A stretch of 63,447 bases of DNA, counting the filler, from Octopus bimaculoides (Eukaryota): the NCBI RefSeq assembly GCF_001194135.2. It is 6 parts of 6 records of this genome, joined end to end, with 100 filler letters (N's around TTAATTAATTAA, not from the genome) between each part and the next. Parts side by side here need not be neighbours in the genome. Positions count along the whole stretch, not along the records: positions 9,360 to 28,709 come from NC_069001.1; 5 more parts are not named here. The stretch is one strand, 5' to 3'. The position numbers were made by a program, and so were the translations under genes. Numbering within the stretch: position 1 is the stretch's first letter; every line of letters begins with the position of its first letter. Positions 9,686-21,986 of the stretch are shown here, one piece after another. Below the pieces are notes generated by a model. That model was not told the origin of the DNA. It worked only from the letters and a program-made list of their open reading frames with translations, and searched no databases.

Positions 9686-9838
9686 AAATCCATATATTTA
9701 AATGTATGTAAGTAGATTGTGTTGACCAAATTTGCTTTCGTTTGATTTCTGTAGTAATCACCGGTGTATTTTTGGGCGATTTAGTAACGAGTTTTGACTG
9801 TTATTTCAAGCAGGTAGACATACTTAGTATGTCCTTTG

Positions 9839-9880
<42 letters not shown>

Positions 9881-9911
9881 NNNNNNNNNNACATACTTAG
9901 TATGTCCTTTG

Positions 9912-9947
<36 letters not shown>

Positions 9948-10019
9948 GATAGATAGATAGATAGACAATGTATGTATGTACGTATGTATGTATATATGTA
10001 TGTGTGTTTGTGAGTGTGT

Positions 10020-10230
10020 GTGTCTGTGTTTGTCCCACCATCACCTTTGCTTGACAACCGATGTTTGTGCGTTTGCGTCCCTGTAATTTAGCTGTTCAGC
10101 AGAAGAGACTGATAGAATAAGCACCAGGCTTACAGGGAATAATTCCAGGGGTCAATTTCTTCGACTATAGGGTAGTGCTCCAGCAGGGCCAACGTGAAAT
10201 GACCGAAACAAGTAAAAGAATAAAAGAATA
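10020..10230 (+). mobile_element. SINE family A 3' half
   Basis: GCTTGACAACCGATG...GATAGAATAAG...GTGCTCCAGCAGGGCC...GAAACAAGTAAAAGAATAAAAGAATA. Confidence 0.8.
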
Positions 10231-10287
10231 CCAGAAAAACGTTCCGTACCACTAAACCAAGAAGGTTCTTTGAATATGTACGATGTA

Positions 10288-11619
10288 TTGGGTTGTCCGG
10301 AAAGTTCATGCCAATTTATAGTAGCTTACCTTTCGACTTATTTTGAACATGGTTGAATCCATTAAATAGGATTTGATTACACCTCCATTTAGAGCACAGT
10401 TTAAGCTATCTTTTCCTGGAAGAAGGTTTATGTTCCTATAACCTGTGTTAATTCTGTAACCCTTTAAAATGGAAGATAAGAAAGTTCATTTTCGGCACTT
10501 GATGCTTTTCTTTTTCCGTAAAGGGAAAAATGCCTCACAAGCAACCAAAGAAATATGCGCAGTTTACTGTGATGTTTCTTTATCCGAAAGAACTGTACAG
10601 AAGAGGTTCGCAAGGTTCCGAGCTGGAGATTGTCGCTTTATTGATAAAGAGCGATCAGGCAGAACATCCACTACAGATGATGACGAAATCAAGTCATTAA
10701 TTGAGAATGACCCACATTGCACAACCCGAGAGAGAATTGGCAGAAAGCCTCACCTATCAAAATCCGTCGTTCATGAGCACCTGGAAAAGCTTGGATACAC
10801 AAATTGTTACGATGATTGGGTACACATGAGCTGAGTGAGAAGAACCTTTTGGATCGCATTTCTATCTGTGATTCGCTTTATAAACAGAATGAAAACGCAC
10901 CTTTTTTAAAGCAAATTGTGACAGGTGATGAGAAATGGATCATCTACCAAAATGTTCAGAGAAAGCGATCCTGGAGTAAGCGACATGAGCCACCCTTAGC
11001 CACCCCATTAGCGGGTCTTCACCCTAAAAAATTCTTGCTTTGTGTCTAGTGAGACTGGAAAGGAATTCTGTACTATGAGCTTCTCCCAAGTAACCAGACA
11101 ATTAATTCTGAGAAACTGCACACAATTGGACGAGTTAAAAGCAGAAATTCAAGAGAAACATCCAGAGTTGGCCAACAGGAAGGTTGTTGTTTTCCAACAT
11201 GATAATGCAAGACCGCACGTTTCTTTGGGAACCAGACAAAAACTGCTGCAGCTCGGCTAGGATGTGTTNNNNNNNNNNNNNNNNNNNNNNNNNNNNNNNN
11301 NNNNNNNNNNNNNNNNNNCCCCACCCTCCATATTCGCCAGATATTGCTCCTTCGGGTTTCCAGTTATTCAGGTCTCTGCAGAATAGTCTTAATGGTAAAA
11401 ATTTCAGTTCCTTGGATGACGTAAAAAGATACCTTGATGAATTCTTCGTCATGAAACCACCTCAATTCTGGGAAGCAGGTATTTTCAAGTTAAAAGAAAG
11501 ATGGAGACGCATTGTGCAACAAAATGGTTCATATTTGGTTGATTAAAAATGTAATGGCAAGTATTTATTGACCTTTTTCTTTCCTTTAAAAATCGGCACG
11601 AACTTTCCGGACAACCCAA
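10288..11619 (+). mobile_element. Full-length mariner transposon (mellifera-subfamily-like)
   Basis: TIRs TTGGGTTGTCCGGAAAGTTCATGCCAATTT / AAATCGGCACGAACTTTCCGGACAACCCAA; TA TSDs at 10286-87 and 11620-21; 1332 bp. Confidence 0.95.
10469..11546 (+). pseudogene. Mariner DD34D transposase, frameshifted
   Basis: HTH MEDKKVHFRHLMLFFFRKGKNASQA; WV(P)HEL at a frameshift; TGDEKW; HDNARPH; PYSPDIAPS; internal stops. Confidence 0.95.
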
Positions 11620-11754
11620 TATTTTAAGGTTAAATAGTAATTCTGTTTACGTTTGTGTAACTGAGATATTTTGGTTGGATTATATAGTCATTGGTGTTAC
11701 GTTACTTTCTATATTCTGTAACTGTCACAATATATATTTCTAGGCCTGACATTT

Positions 11755-11850
11755 TTGTAGGGAGGGAGTCAGTTGTTTAGATCGACTCCAGTACACAACT
11801 GGTACGTAATTTATCGACCTCGAAAGGACGAAATGTAAAGTCGACCTCGG
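11755..11850 (-). mobile_element. SINE family B fragment
   Basis: ATCGACTCCAGT...ACTGGTAC..AATTTATCGACCTCGAAAGG...GTCGACCTCGG. Confidence 0.7.
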
Positions 11851-12150
11851 ATTAATGATACTGCTCTTGAATTTATTGCTTCAATAAGATTTTTGGAATT
11901 CAGCTTTGCAATAATTGTCTTTTCCTCCTGTTCTCCCTACTGGTAATTTGTTTCATTTTTTCATTTTTAATTTCGTCTGCTTCCAATATTTCGAAGTACT
12001 TATACCACTGTGCATTCTCAATCGCTCTCATTGTTTGCCCATCTGGCATTTCAGTTCCTTGGCTTCTTTCAAATCTTCCTCATTCCATTTTCAATATGGC
12101 ACACTTTTCTATCCTACATTCCGTACCTACGTCATTTTTTGTCTACGGGC
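11850..12150 (-). mobile_element. R4/Dong-like LINE RT fragment (old)
   Basis: Minus-strand translation VGTECRIEKCAILKM..GTEMPDGQTM..YKYFEILEADEIK..KLNSKNLIEAINSRAV resembles the region after RT domain 7 in the 43512 copy. Confidence 0.75.
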
Positions 12151-12339
12151 CCACTTTTGGCCCTTGAAAAATTCTTAGGCCATTTACCGTCTGTTAGGTA
12201 GACCAAACTACAAAATCATGCCATTATTTATAGAGAGATTTAGATATTTGTTGAAAATATGCCCTCCAATCAATGAAATATTACGATTTTTGATAATCAA
12301 CCCGACTTTATTATACAAATTTTAAGCACAAATCCACAC

Positions 12340-12403
12340 CCAGTACTTTTCCCAGGTCCACTCAGAAATTTATGAAGCCCAGGCCAACAGTTGAGAACCA
12401 CTG
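12340..12403. mobile_element. Orphan hAT right end
   Basis: Ends GTTGAGAACCACTG (reverse complement CAGTGGTTCTCAAC, a typical Charlie/Buster terminus). Confidence 0.45.
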
Positions 12404-12764
12404 CTGTATACTGATACCAGAAAATGCAAAAACCACACCAATCTGGTCCACCGATAGATTTTGTATGGCTATGTAGTCCACAGGAGAAAACGTTTAGCAT
12501 ACCTGAACGAAATGAAGACTCATTAACTAATTGAGCTTTCAAATAGCGGAGATGTTTTTCATGCGCGTCTGATTATTGCATAAGAATCGGAGTTTGCTGC
12601 AAAAGTTCTCTTAAGCGTTTATCTATTTTGAATGTAAAAAATATGTGCACTAATCTGTCTCATCGCAAATATACTGAGTGGAGGGATCATATCTTTTTAT
12701 TTCATATATTTTAGACTTTGGATAAACAAAGTGATACACAAAAATGAACACAAAATAAAAAATA

Positions 12765-14410
12765 GATGCAGATTTTATGATCCCTCGTATATTACATATG
12801 GATTTATCAGAAGTGCGTTCAACCCATCTTTACCCTATTGTCTCCTAGGTTCGAAAAGTCTTTCCAACGATAACATGAATGAAGCTTTGCAGATTGTCTA
12901 ATCATCTTAAAAAAGTTCACCCCAACGTTTCTCACAAACCAAAGGAGTATTTTGAAGCACTCAGTCACGATGTTTCTTCATCATCTTCCAAGTTGAAGAG
13001 TTTCCTTGTGGAAAAAACAATGTGACCGGCCTTGTTGCATCATATAAGATTGCACATCTTGCAAAACAAGGTCGGCCACATACACTGGCTGAGGAGCTCA
13101 TAAAACCTGCAATCTTCGAAATTTTGAAAGTGGCAAACATTTCGAATCCAGAAGCTGTTATTGACAGCATTCCATTTTCTAATAGCAGTATGTCATCTTG
13201 AATTACTGACACGGCGATTGACATAAAAACACTCCTCATCCAAGATTTTCGTAACAAGCAAGTTTTCTCTAACTGTTGATGAGAGTACGTTTGCAAACCA
13301 ATCACTAATCCTTACATTCGTCCGCTACATCAAGGATTCCGCCATTTCAGAGGAGCTTCTGTTCATCAAAACAATCCTTAATTCAACTGGCGAATTCTTC
13401 CAAGAAAACAATATCAATATAAATAACATATCTGTTTGCATGGACAATGCCATTTCTATGGTCGGGAAGACAAAAGGGCTCGTCGCGAGATTAACTGCAG
13501 AAAGAGATATCTTTTTCTATTCAATGGTTCCTTCATCGGGAGAACTTAAGTTGCAAAGGATATTCGAACCCACAACCTTAGTGAAATTCCGCAACTTATA
13601 GTTTCAGCTGTTAATAGAGAAAAATAAACAACATTTCAAGACAGACTCTTTAGGGAAGACTGTCAAGATGAGCATTTTGATCGGCTCCTTTATTCAACTG
13701 ATGTACGATGGCTGTCCATGGGAAATTGTCTCACTTGATTTGTTTGTCTTTTTGACAAAGTGGTTGAATTTTTGGAAAGTCGAGATTCACAACTCCGCAT
13801 TTCGCTCCTTCAGAAAAAGTCAATGATATTATACATAGAAGATATTTACAAGAAGCTTAACGAATTAAACTTGATGCTGCAATGTGATGGTATTAATATC
13901 GTAACTTCCAAACATCTTATTGTGAGTTTTATCAAAAAACTCTTACTTTTGGAAGATGCAACTTTCTTTTCACGATTTCACCCATTTCGCCTCTTTAAAG
14001 GAAGAGCTTCTTACTACTGAGGAGCATGCTGTCATCGTGGAACGCCTCGTTGTTCTGCATGAAAGCTTTCAATTGCGTTTTCAAGATCTCATTCATTTAA
14101 ACATCCCTTTATTTGTCGACAGACTTCATATCTTGACAATGGAGGACGTCTTCCAGCAACCTGCATGTTTTCAAATAGAGATTTGCAAGGTCCTTGTTGA
14201 TGAACGTTTCGTCCAAATTGCCGAAGGAGACTGGGTGAAAGTTTGGCTACAGTGTAAGAACAAATACCCAACTCTATACGAAACTGTTGAGCCATTCTTT
14301 ATAAACTTCCCAACGTCAAACTTGCATTTTTATAATAAACAAAAAGACTGCAGCTCGAAAATAGTTGCGAGAGGCGACTGCGTTTGAGTCACCTCCGGCC
14401 ACGTTTTACC
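12765..14410 (+). pseudogene. Buster/Charlie-type hAT transposase pseudogene
   Basis: Frameshifted motifs: BED finger (YGF..PYCL..HLKKVHP..KPKEYF), ASYKIAH..RPHTLAEELIKPA, VDESTF, DVRWLSMG, and C-terminal W..KYPTL..FPTS. Confidence 0.85.
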
Positions 14411-14689
14411 AAATTGGTGACAGAAAAGCAACTTCGAGGGTCGCATTAACATTTTTATCCTTGTACACTTTTTGCATTGTTTACATTTTTTTAAATTATT
14501 AAGTAAAATTTTTCATACAGTTTCTGAGCTTCGTTCAAAAATCTTTTTAAAAAATGAATGCTTCCAAGCATGCAAAAAATCTGAACTTTCATTATTAAGT
14601 ATTACATTTTGCTGGCTGATTAATGTATGAAATATAAACTACTTATGCAATTTCAGTAGTAATTATAAAATTGTGCGATTTTTGGCCGT

Positions 14690-14758
14690 GACAAGGGGTA
14701 CATGGGGCTCTGAAACCGATTTTGGGGGTGCACAGCGAAAAAAGGTTAAGAAACGCTG
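14690..14758. mobile_element. Right end of the Buster-type hAT
   Basis: GGGGTAC...GGGGGTGC...AAAAGGTTAAGAAACGCTG terminal repeat. Confidence 0.7.
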
Positions 14759-14789
14759 ATGTAGATCGTCTTCATTAGTTACTTTATCA

Positions 14790-15684
14790 ATATTCTCTGG
14801 TACTCTGCAGCTTCCATCTGTTTCATGTTCTTCATCTCACACCCTTTAATTACCGCTTTCTGCTACTGCTGTTTCACTCTCCTTCTGCTCTTTTGTTGTT
14901 TCCCTGAATTTCTTCAAACTCTACTCCCATAATCCAGTCGTTCATACGGATTGCTCTTGCTTGGTCATCAATCGCTGGGCGGATGCTTCAAAATCTTTTT
15001 CATACCATATTCTCTTCATTCGATTCATGAAGCCTCTTTCATTACTATTCTGTTTAAATCTTTTTCCCCATTTCATTCCTTTTCTTTTGCACTTTTGATT
15101 GTGATTTTGGTCCTGATCAATAACCGAAGATTGATCAGATACTCCCTGCCTGCCGTGCGTGACACCTTCATTGTTAACAATTCCAGTCCCGTTAACACAG
15201 TTGTGGTTATTATTTAATTTGGACATCCATCATTTAGAGGTAGCATTTGTATGGTTGTGCAATCATCAGTATTTTTATCGTGACACCATCACTAGGCGGG
15301 TTGCTAGCCAAGCCTTTGAGAGTCCACAACTACCGTCGTGTACACTGTTTTTAGTGCCTGTCTTGTTCACTCCATTGTTTTATATCTTTGTATATGTCAT
15401 TTTCACTCCTGAGAATTTTGGCGCTGGGGTGATACAACCATCAGTGTTTTCATTGAAACACCTTCTCTAGAGGGGTTGCCCACCTAGGCTAAAGGAGCCC
15501 CTCCTCCCATGAGACAGGCTTAACCCCACTAGACGCCAGCCTGGTATTTCGAGGTCTTGGGATGGGCTTACTGGTACTACACTTTGCCCAACGGTAACCT
15601 GAAAGTAGTTGTGGTTAAGGGTAACCTTGTTCTTCCCACGTCGTGACGCCACAACCGGATGCAGTTTCATGCCACACCCAGGGC

Positions 15685-15686
<2 letters not shown>
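14790..15686 (-). mobile_element. R4/Dong-like LINE 5' end (5'UTR plus N-terminal Myb-like segment)
   Basis: Starts directly at (AAT)n 15687-15740. Translation KW..NSNERGFMNRMKRIWYEKDFEASAQRL resembles the N-terminal domain of R4-clade ORFs. Confidence 0.6.
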
Positions 15687-15740
<54 letters not shown>

Positions 15741-15741
<1 letters not shown>

Positions 15742-16780
15742 CGGCGAGGGAACGAGATCCCCGAACTGGGCACCAGCATGAGTAGACGGGAACTGTTCTC
15801 GGTGTGTGGGAAGCTGGTGGGACACTACCCGATTGCAGGATGGCTCTGGACAGCATGTAGCTTCATCAAGAGACGAGCCGAAGGAGCGAAGTNNNNNNNN
15901 NNGTGCCAGAGGATGTAGAGCAGGCTGTGGCTGCAGTATGCCGTCTGAGTGACTCAGAGTTGAGGAGATTGCATACCATGCATCACATGGGAGTGGACAG
16001 GACGTTGTTCCTAGCCAGGAAAGTCGACTCCGATGTAACAAGACGGGGCGTGCAGAGAGTGGTTAGCAGCTGTGACAGGTGCCAGTCCATCGACCCTGCT
16101 CCGGGCGTACATGAGGCGGGAAGTATTTCAGTGGACCACAACTGGAGACGACTGGTAGTGAACATAACACACTACCGGCAAGGGACGTACTTCTCAATAG
16201 TTGACTGCAGACCGGGGCGGTTGGCTATATGGAGGGAGATGAAGACGGGGACCGCAGAGGAAATCGTGAGAGTACTAAATGAGATATTCCTGGAACGAGG
16301 CCCCATGGATGAGATGCTTCTGAATAATGGCACTGCATTTCGGAGGTGCTGAAAGAAATACTTGATGGGTGACAGGTCAGCCGCTTCTTCAGGGCGGCAT
16401 ACCAGCCAAGTGGAAATGGAGTGGTGGAAAGGCATCATCGTACCATCAAGACCATGGCAGAAAGGGGCCACATTTCACCAATTGAGGCTGTATTTTGGTA
16501 CAATATGTCACCCAGGTCAGGACAGGCTGAGGAGTCGGTGCCACACAGGGCAATATTCAAGTACGAGTGGAGGCATTCGTGTACTGCATCAATGTGACAC
16601 GGGGGAGAGGAAGATCACGCCTTCGTGCAGGTCGGAGAAGAATTTTGGGTAAAACCTCCAAATGCACGGTGTACATCACGATGGGGAAAGGGAACAATAA
16701 CCTCCATCAATTCAAAGAACAACGTCTCTGTCGATGATATGTCACGCCATGTTTTGGATGTGCGGAAGATTGTCAATGCC
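15741..16780 (+). mobile_element. Gypsy LTR-retrotransposon internal fragment (integrase)
   Basis: ORF 15903-16352 has an HHCC finger (HTMHHMG..CDRCQ) and a decayed DDE core (NWRRLVVNITHY..SIVDC..ERGPMDEMLLNNGTAF). Confidence 0.85.
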
Positions 16781-17200
16781 TAAGTCAACAGGTAAGATTG
16801 TCAATGGGTCAACAGGTAAGATTGTCAATGGGTCAACAGGTAAGATTGTCAATGCCTAAGTCAACAGGTAAGATTGTCAATGCCTAAGTCAACAGGTAAG
16901 ATTGTCAATGCCTAAGTCAACAGGTAAGATTGTCAATGCCTAAGTCAACAGGTAAGATTGTCAATGCCTANNNNNNNNNNNNNNNNNNNNNNNNNNNNNN
17001 NNNNNNNNNNNNNNNNNNNNNNNNNNNNNNNNNNNNNNNNNNNNNNNNNNNNNNNNACAGGTAAGATTGTCAACAGGTAAGATTGTCAACAGGTAAGATT
17101 GTCAACAGGTAAGATTGTCAACAGGTAAGATTGTCAACAGGTAAGATTGTCAACAGGTAAGATTGTCAACAGGTAAGATTGTCAATGGGTCAACAGGTTA
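16766..17200 (+). repeat. Minisatellite with 28-, 24- and 16-bp units
   Basis: CTAAGTCAACAGGTAAGATTGTCAATGC, GGGTCAACAGGTAAGATTGTCAAT and CAACAGGTAAGATTGT; spans a gap. Confidence 0.95.
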
Positions 17201-17639
17201 GGTCTCTGTATTTCTTTCTCCCTTTTGCTTCTTTTTCCGTTGTCTTTTTCCTCAATCACGCTATACCACAAAAAAACTATGCTCGGAGATAAACCTATAA
17301 AAAAAAAAAATACAGACGAATACAGATCTGTTAATCTTAAGAAGCTACAGTACGATCAATGTTTACATGCAAATAACAAAGCAAATTACAAACCAGATTA
17401 GTCGTCGACCGGATCACAAAGGGCCACATACTCGATATAGATCTGTTAGCCTGAAGAAGCTACGTTACGAGTAATGTTTACATGCAGAGAACTCGGAGAC
17501 GGTGTTGTATCAAAAAGTTAACCCTAAACAGACAGATCCGTCCCAAATGTCAACGTCGAAGCTCGTCATGCCTCACTGTTAATAAAGCAAAATACAAACC
17601 GGAATGGTTATCGACCATATTACAAAAGGCCACGTACTC

Positions 17640-18191
17640 GAATGAGGAACCAGATTCGATACGAGAAATCAGCTACTGGTTCAAATCTTCCCGACACACA
17701 GGAGCTGGAAGTACCCCACAACCGGAATATTCCAACAGATGGCCATCTATGCTCGTCATCAAACAACAAAAAGAACAAGAATGAAAAATGGTCTAGGGAA
17801 GATAATAGAGAAGTTCTTACGGCCTTCTACCATGCCATATATTTCCCCACAAATAAATCTGATACTGTACAAACCTACTTAAACTGGAGACAGAAACACC
17901 TTGAAGTAAGACCCTACATAGACAGTAACAAACTTGCCAACGCCAGAAGAAACATTATGAAAAAAATTACTGAAGTAGAGATTGACCAAATTAAACAAGC
18001 AGTAAAGGATAAAAAGAATGAAACTGCAGCTAAAGAAGGTACTACAGAGGAAATAATTATGGACTAGCCCAGGACTGATGAAAATGCAGTAATAGTTGAA
18101 AGAGTTAAGGTAACTGATAGGCAAAGTGAAATACTCTCTGAACCAACCATAAACACTAAGGCAGATGAAAATCAAATAGATGAAGAAAGTC
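17640..18191 (+). mobile_element. R4/Dong-like LINE N-terminal fragment
   Basis: ORF 17642-18067 KWSREDNREVLTAFY..YLNWRQKH..KLANARRNI..TEVEIDQIK (Myb-like N-terminal domain); runs into a gap. Confidence 0.7.
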
Positions 18192-19767
18192 NNNNNNNNN
18201 NNNNNNNNNNNNNNNNNNNNNNNNNNNNNNNNNNNNNNNNNNNNNNNNNNNNNNNNNNNNNNNNNNNNNNNNNNNNNNNNNNNNNNNNNNNNNNNNNNNN
18301 NNNNNNNNNNNNNNNNNNNNNNNNNNNNNNNNNNNNNNNNNNNNNNNNNNNNNNNNNNNNNNNNNNNNNNNNNNNNNNNNNNNNNNNNNNNNNNNNNNNN
18401 NNNNNNNNNNNNNNNNNNNNNNNNNNNNNNNNNNNNNNNNNNNNNNNNNNNNNNNNNNNNNNNNNNNNNNNNNNNNNNNNNNNNNNNNNNNNNNNNNNNN
18501 NNNNNNNNNNNNNNNNNNNNNNNNNNNNNNNNNNNNNNNNNNNNNNNNNNNNNNNNNNNNNNNNNNNNNNNNNNNNNNNNNNNNNNNNNNNNNNNNNNNN
18601 NNNNNNNNNNNNNNNNNNNNNNNNNNNNNNNNNNNNNNNNNNNNNNNNNNNNNNNNNNNNNNNNNNNNNNNNNNNNNNNNNNNNNNNNNNNNNNNNNNNN
18701 NNNNNNNNNNNNNNNNNNNNNNNNNNNNNNNNNNNNNNNNNNNNNNNNNNNNNNNNNNNNNNNNNNNNNNNNNNNNNNNNNNNNNNNNNNNNNNNNNNNN
18801 NNNNNNNNNNNNNNNNNNNNNNNNNNNNNNNNNNNNNNNNNNNNNNNNNNNNNNNNNNNNNNNNNNNNNNNNNNNNNNNNNNNNNNNNNNNNNNNNNNNN
18901 NNNNNNNNNNNNNNNNNNNNNNNNNNNNNNNNNNNNNNNNNNNNNNNNNNNNNNNNNNNNNNNNNNNNNNNNNNNNNNNNNNNNNNNNNNNNNNNNNNNN
19001 NNNNNNNNNNNNNNNNNNNNNNNNNNNNNNNNNNNNNNNNNNNNNNNNNNNNNNNNNNNNNNNNNNNNNNNNNNNNNNNNNNNNNNNNNNNNNNNNNNNN
19101 NNNNNNNNNNNNNNNNNNNNNNNNNNNNNNNNNNNNNNNNNNNNNNNNNNNNNNNNNNNNNNNNNNNNNNNNNNNNNNNNNNNNNNNNAATCCTCTCCAC
19201 CAACACCACATAGCTCATCACAGCCCATAACACCACAAACACCACATGTGGTATTTTTAAACTTATGAATGGTTCACTCTGTGTTTGTTCGAAAAATAAA
19301 AAATAAAAAATAAAAAAGTTTTGTTTTTGGTCTTTGCTTCGTTTGTGACACGTGTTCTCACATACGTGAATGTGTGTCCTGTAAATTTCACGTAGTTGTT
19401 AACATTGAGATGTATGTGTAGTCCTATGGATATCAATATATATATATGATTGTGTAGACATTCGAGTGTATGCGTAATTACTCAATTTATGTACTTACAG
19501 TTTTGTTCTATTTCTATTTTATAATTTGTAAACTTTCCGGTGTTGACTTCGTGTGTGTGTTTCGCATACGTTTCAGTGAGACATCGTGCATAGGAGAAAC
19601 TGTGCTTTGTATGGCAGTAAAATTTCGTTTTTTTAAAAATTATTTTCGTTAAAAGACCGCTTCCTTCAAGTCTTCCACAGGTTCCTTTATCTAATTCCAT
19701 CGATGTTATTGGATTAGATTTGTTTTTGAATGGGGAGCCCGGTGTAGCACATCCATGTTGTTATTCC

Positions 19768-20130
<363 letters not shown>

Positions 20131-20764
20131 TTATCATTAATAATATCATCATCATCATCATCATCATCATCATTATCAACATTTTCATTATAATCATCAT
20201 CACTATAATGTCTTACTACTTTACTCAGTTGCTACTACTCTGGTCAATATGTACTTTTCCCCTTCCGTAGTGCTTTCACCATCGGCGTGATGTAACGTGT
20301 CTTTTTGTGCAGTTCGTTTTACTAGAAGGAGTTGCGGCACGCAGTGAAATCTCCAGCGTGTCAGGTAACTAGACTAGCTTAAATAAACTACAGCAGTTAC
20401 GATTGTATTGAGTATTCCGCCTGATCGTCACCTAACAAAGGGTGTGCGTTTGTGTGTGTGTGTGTGTGTGTGCGTGCGTGTGCGTGCGNNNNNNNNNNTG
20501 TGTGTGTGTGTGTGTGTGTGCGTGCGTGTGCGTGCGTGCGTGTGCGTGCGTGTGCGTGCGTGTGGCACAAAATACGACAATTTTTCTTCATCCTCCTTAC
20601 TTATCTGCCCTTGCACCATCTAAATGATATTGCATGTTATTTCGTTTTTTTGTTTTGTTTTTGTCTTGTTTTTTTTTTGTTTTTTTCTTTCGAAACCTGA
20701 AGAATTTTACGCCCGACCGATCTATCTGCCAAATAGATGAGTTTGTGTTATCAATAATGAGGGG

Positions 20765-20900
20765 AAATATTGATTTCAAACTTTGGTACAAGAGCTGCAA
20801 TTTCGGAGGAGGGGATTAAGTCGATTACATCGACCCCAGTGTTCAACTGGTACTTATTTTTTATTGACCCTTGAAGGATGAAAGGCAAGGTCGACTCCGT
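20765..20900 (-). mobile_element. SINE family B 3' part
   Basis: GTCGATTACATCGACCCCAGT...ACTGGTACTTATTT...GAAGGATGAAAGGCAAGGTCGAC. Confidence 0.8.
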
Positions 20901-21043
20901 TAGCATTGAATGAGGGGAAATATCTTGATTGAATATATCAACGAGGGATGAAAGAAGTATTTGAATCTGTACCATCTTCAAATGGGAAGGACCTTCTTTC
21001 ATACCTAATACAAGCATATATGCATACATACATAAATACAGCA

Positions 21044-21200
21044 CATAAATACATATGCATGCATCTAGACATGAAAAATATACATAAAAACGCATCCATA
21101 AAACAAACATACAAATCTGTGCATAAATACATATGCATACGCCATGACATGGCAATATATACACAAAAACGCATCCATAAAACAAACGTACAAATCTGCG
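21044..21200 (+). repeat. About 78-bp tandem duplication
   Basis: CATAAATACATATGCAT...AAAAACGCATCCATAAAACAAAC.TACAAATCTG occurs twice. Confidence 0.85.
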
Positions 21201-21859
21201 CATACACTAACACCAAATACTGCACACACACACACACATATGCACAAATACCTAGATGATGTTGATAAAAGTTCCAATGAAGGAGCCTTGAATCTATGTT
21301 AGAGTCCGGCTCTTTCTCTATGGACAAGAAATACAGAAATGAAACTGATTGATAACATACATACATACATACATGCATACATACATACATACATACATAC
21401 ATACATAAGCTACATACATACATAAATCGATACACATATATTTGTATGTGTGTGTGTGTGTGTGTGGTGTATTTACTACTTTCGTAAATGTTTTCTTGGC
21501 TGACTCGAGTCAGAGAACGACAGTGCTGTGCTAATGGCATGTATTGAGATGGAAATACGTGTTCACATCCATGTCTGGTTAAGAAAAAAATGTATATTTC
21601 TTAATGACCTGTTAGTTCATGACAAGTTTTGAGCCCTTTCTTATTCCGATTTAGATGCATTTGCTCGCTAGTTGTTTGTTTTGTTACCTTCACTCGAAGT
21701 GAAGATAATTTCAGTAAATCAAGAATTAGCTACACAACGTTTAATATACCACTTATCAGCTTTGAAATTCAGTCACGCTGCTATGTACCCCGCACAATAT
21801 GTTAATCGTATTGATTTGTAAATACAAATACATTCTATACATTTCTGTATTGAATGTCA

Positions 21860-21955
21860 AAGGCTATAGTAGAAGATACTAGACCAAGATGCTACGCAGT
21901 GAGACTAAACATGAAACAATGTTTTCGGGAAGCAAGCTTCATTCCGCACTGCCAT
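21860..21955 (-). mobile_element. Degenerate SINE family A head
   Basis: GGCTATAGTAGAAGA..CCAAG.TGC.ACGCAGTG...AAGCAAGCTT. Confidence 0.6.
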
Positions 21956-21986
21956 GCCTGTACTTACACGCGCGCACGCGCGCGCA

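Noticed and set aside
9817-9935. Direct duplication of ACATACTTAGTATGTCCTTTGATTAATTTT(AT)n
   Set aside because: The two copies flank a 10-N gap; most likely overlapping contig ends.
16766-17200. CRISPR-like 28-bp repeats
   Set aside because: Head-to-tail units with no unique spacers, in a eukaryotic context with no cas genes; a minisatellite.
17451-17485. CTGAAGAAGCTAC as a hammerhead half
   Set aside because: No GAAA block or stem I partner downstream.
17879-19268. Long ORFs across N-gaps (also 22751-23509, 27234-27746, 29643-30319, 36718-37651, 46852-48612, 52549-53290)
   Set aside because: Open only because Ns and microsatellites lack stop codons.
19560-19595. Minus-strand GCA-CGATG...GAAACGTA-TGC hammerhead-like string
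   Set aside because: The core lacks U4 and A9, and there is no room for stem II.
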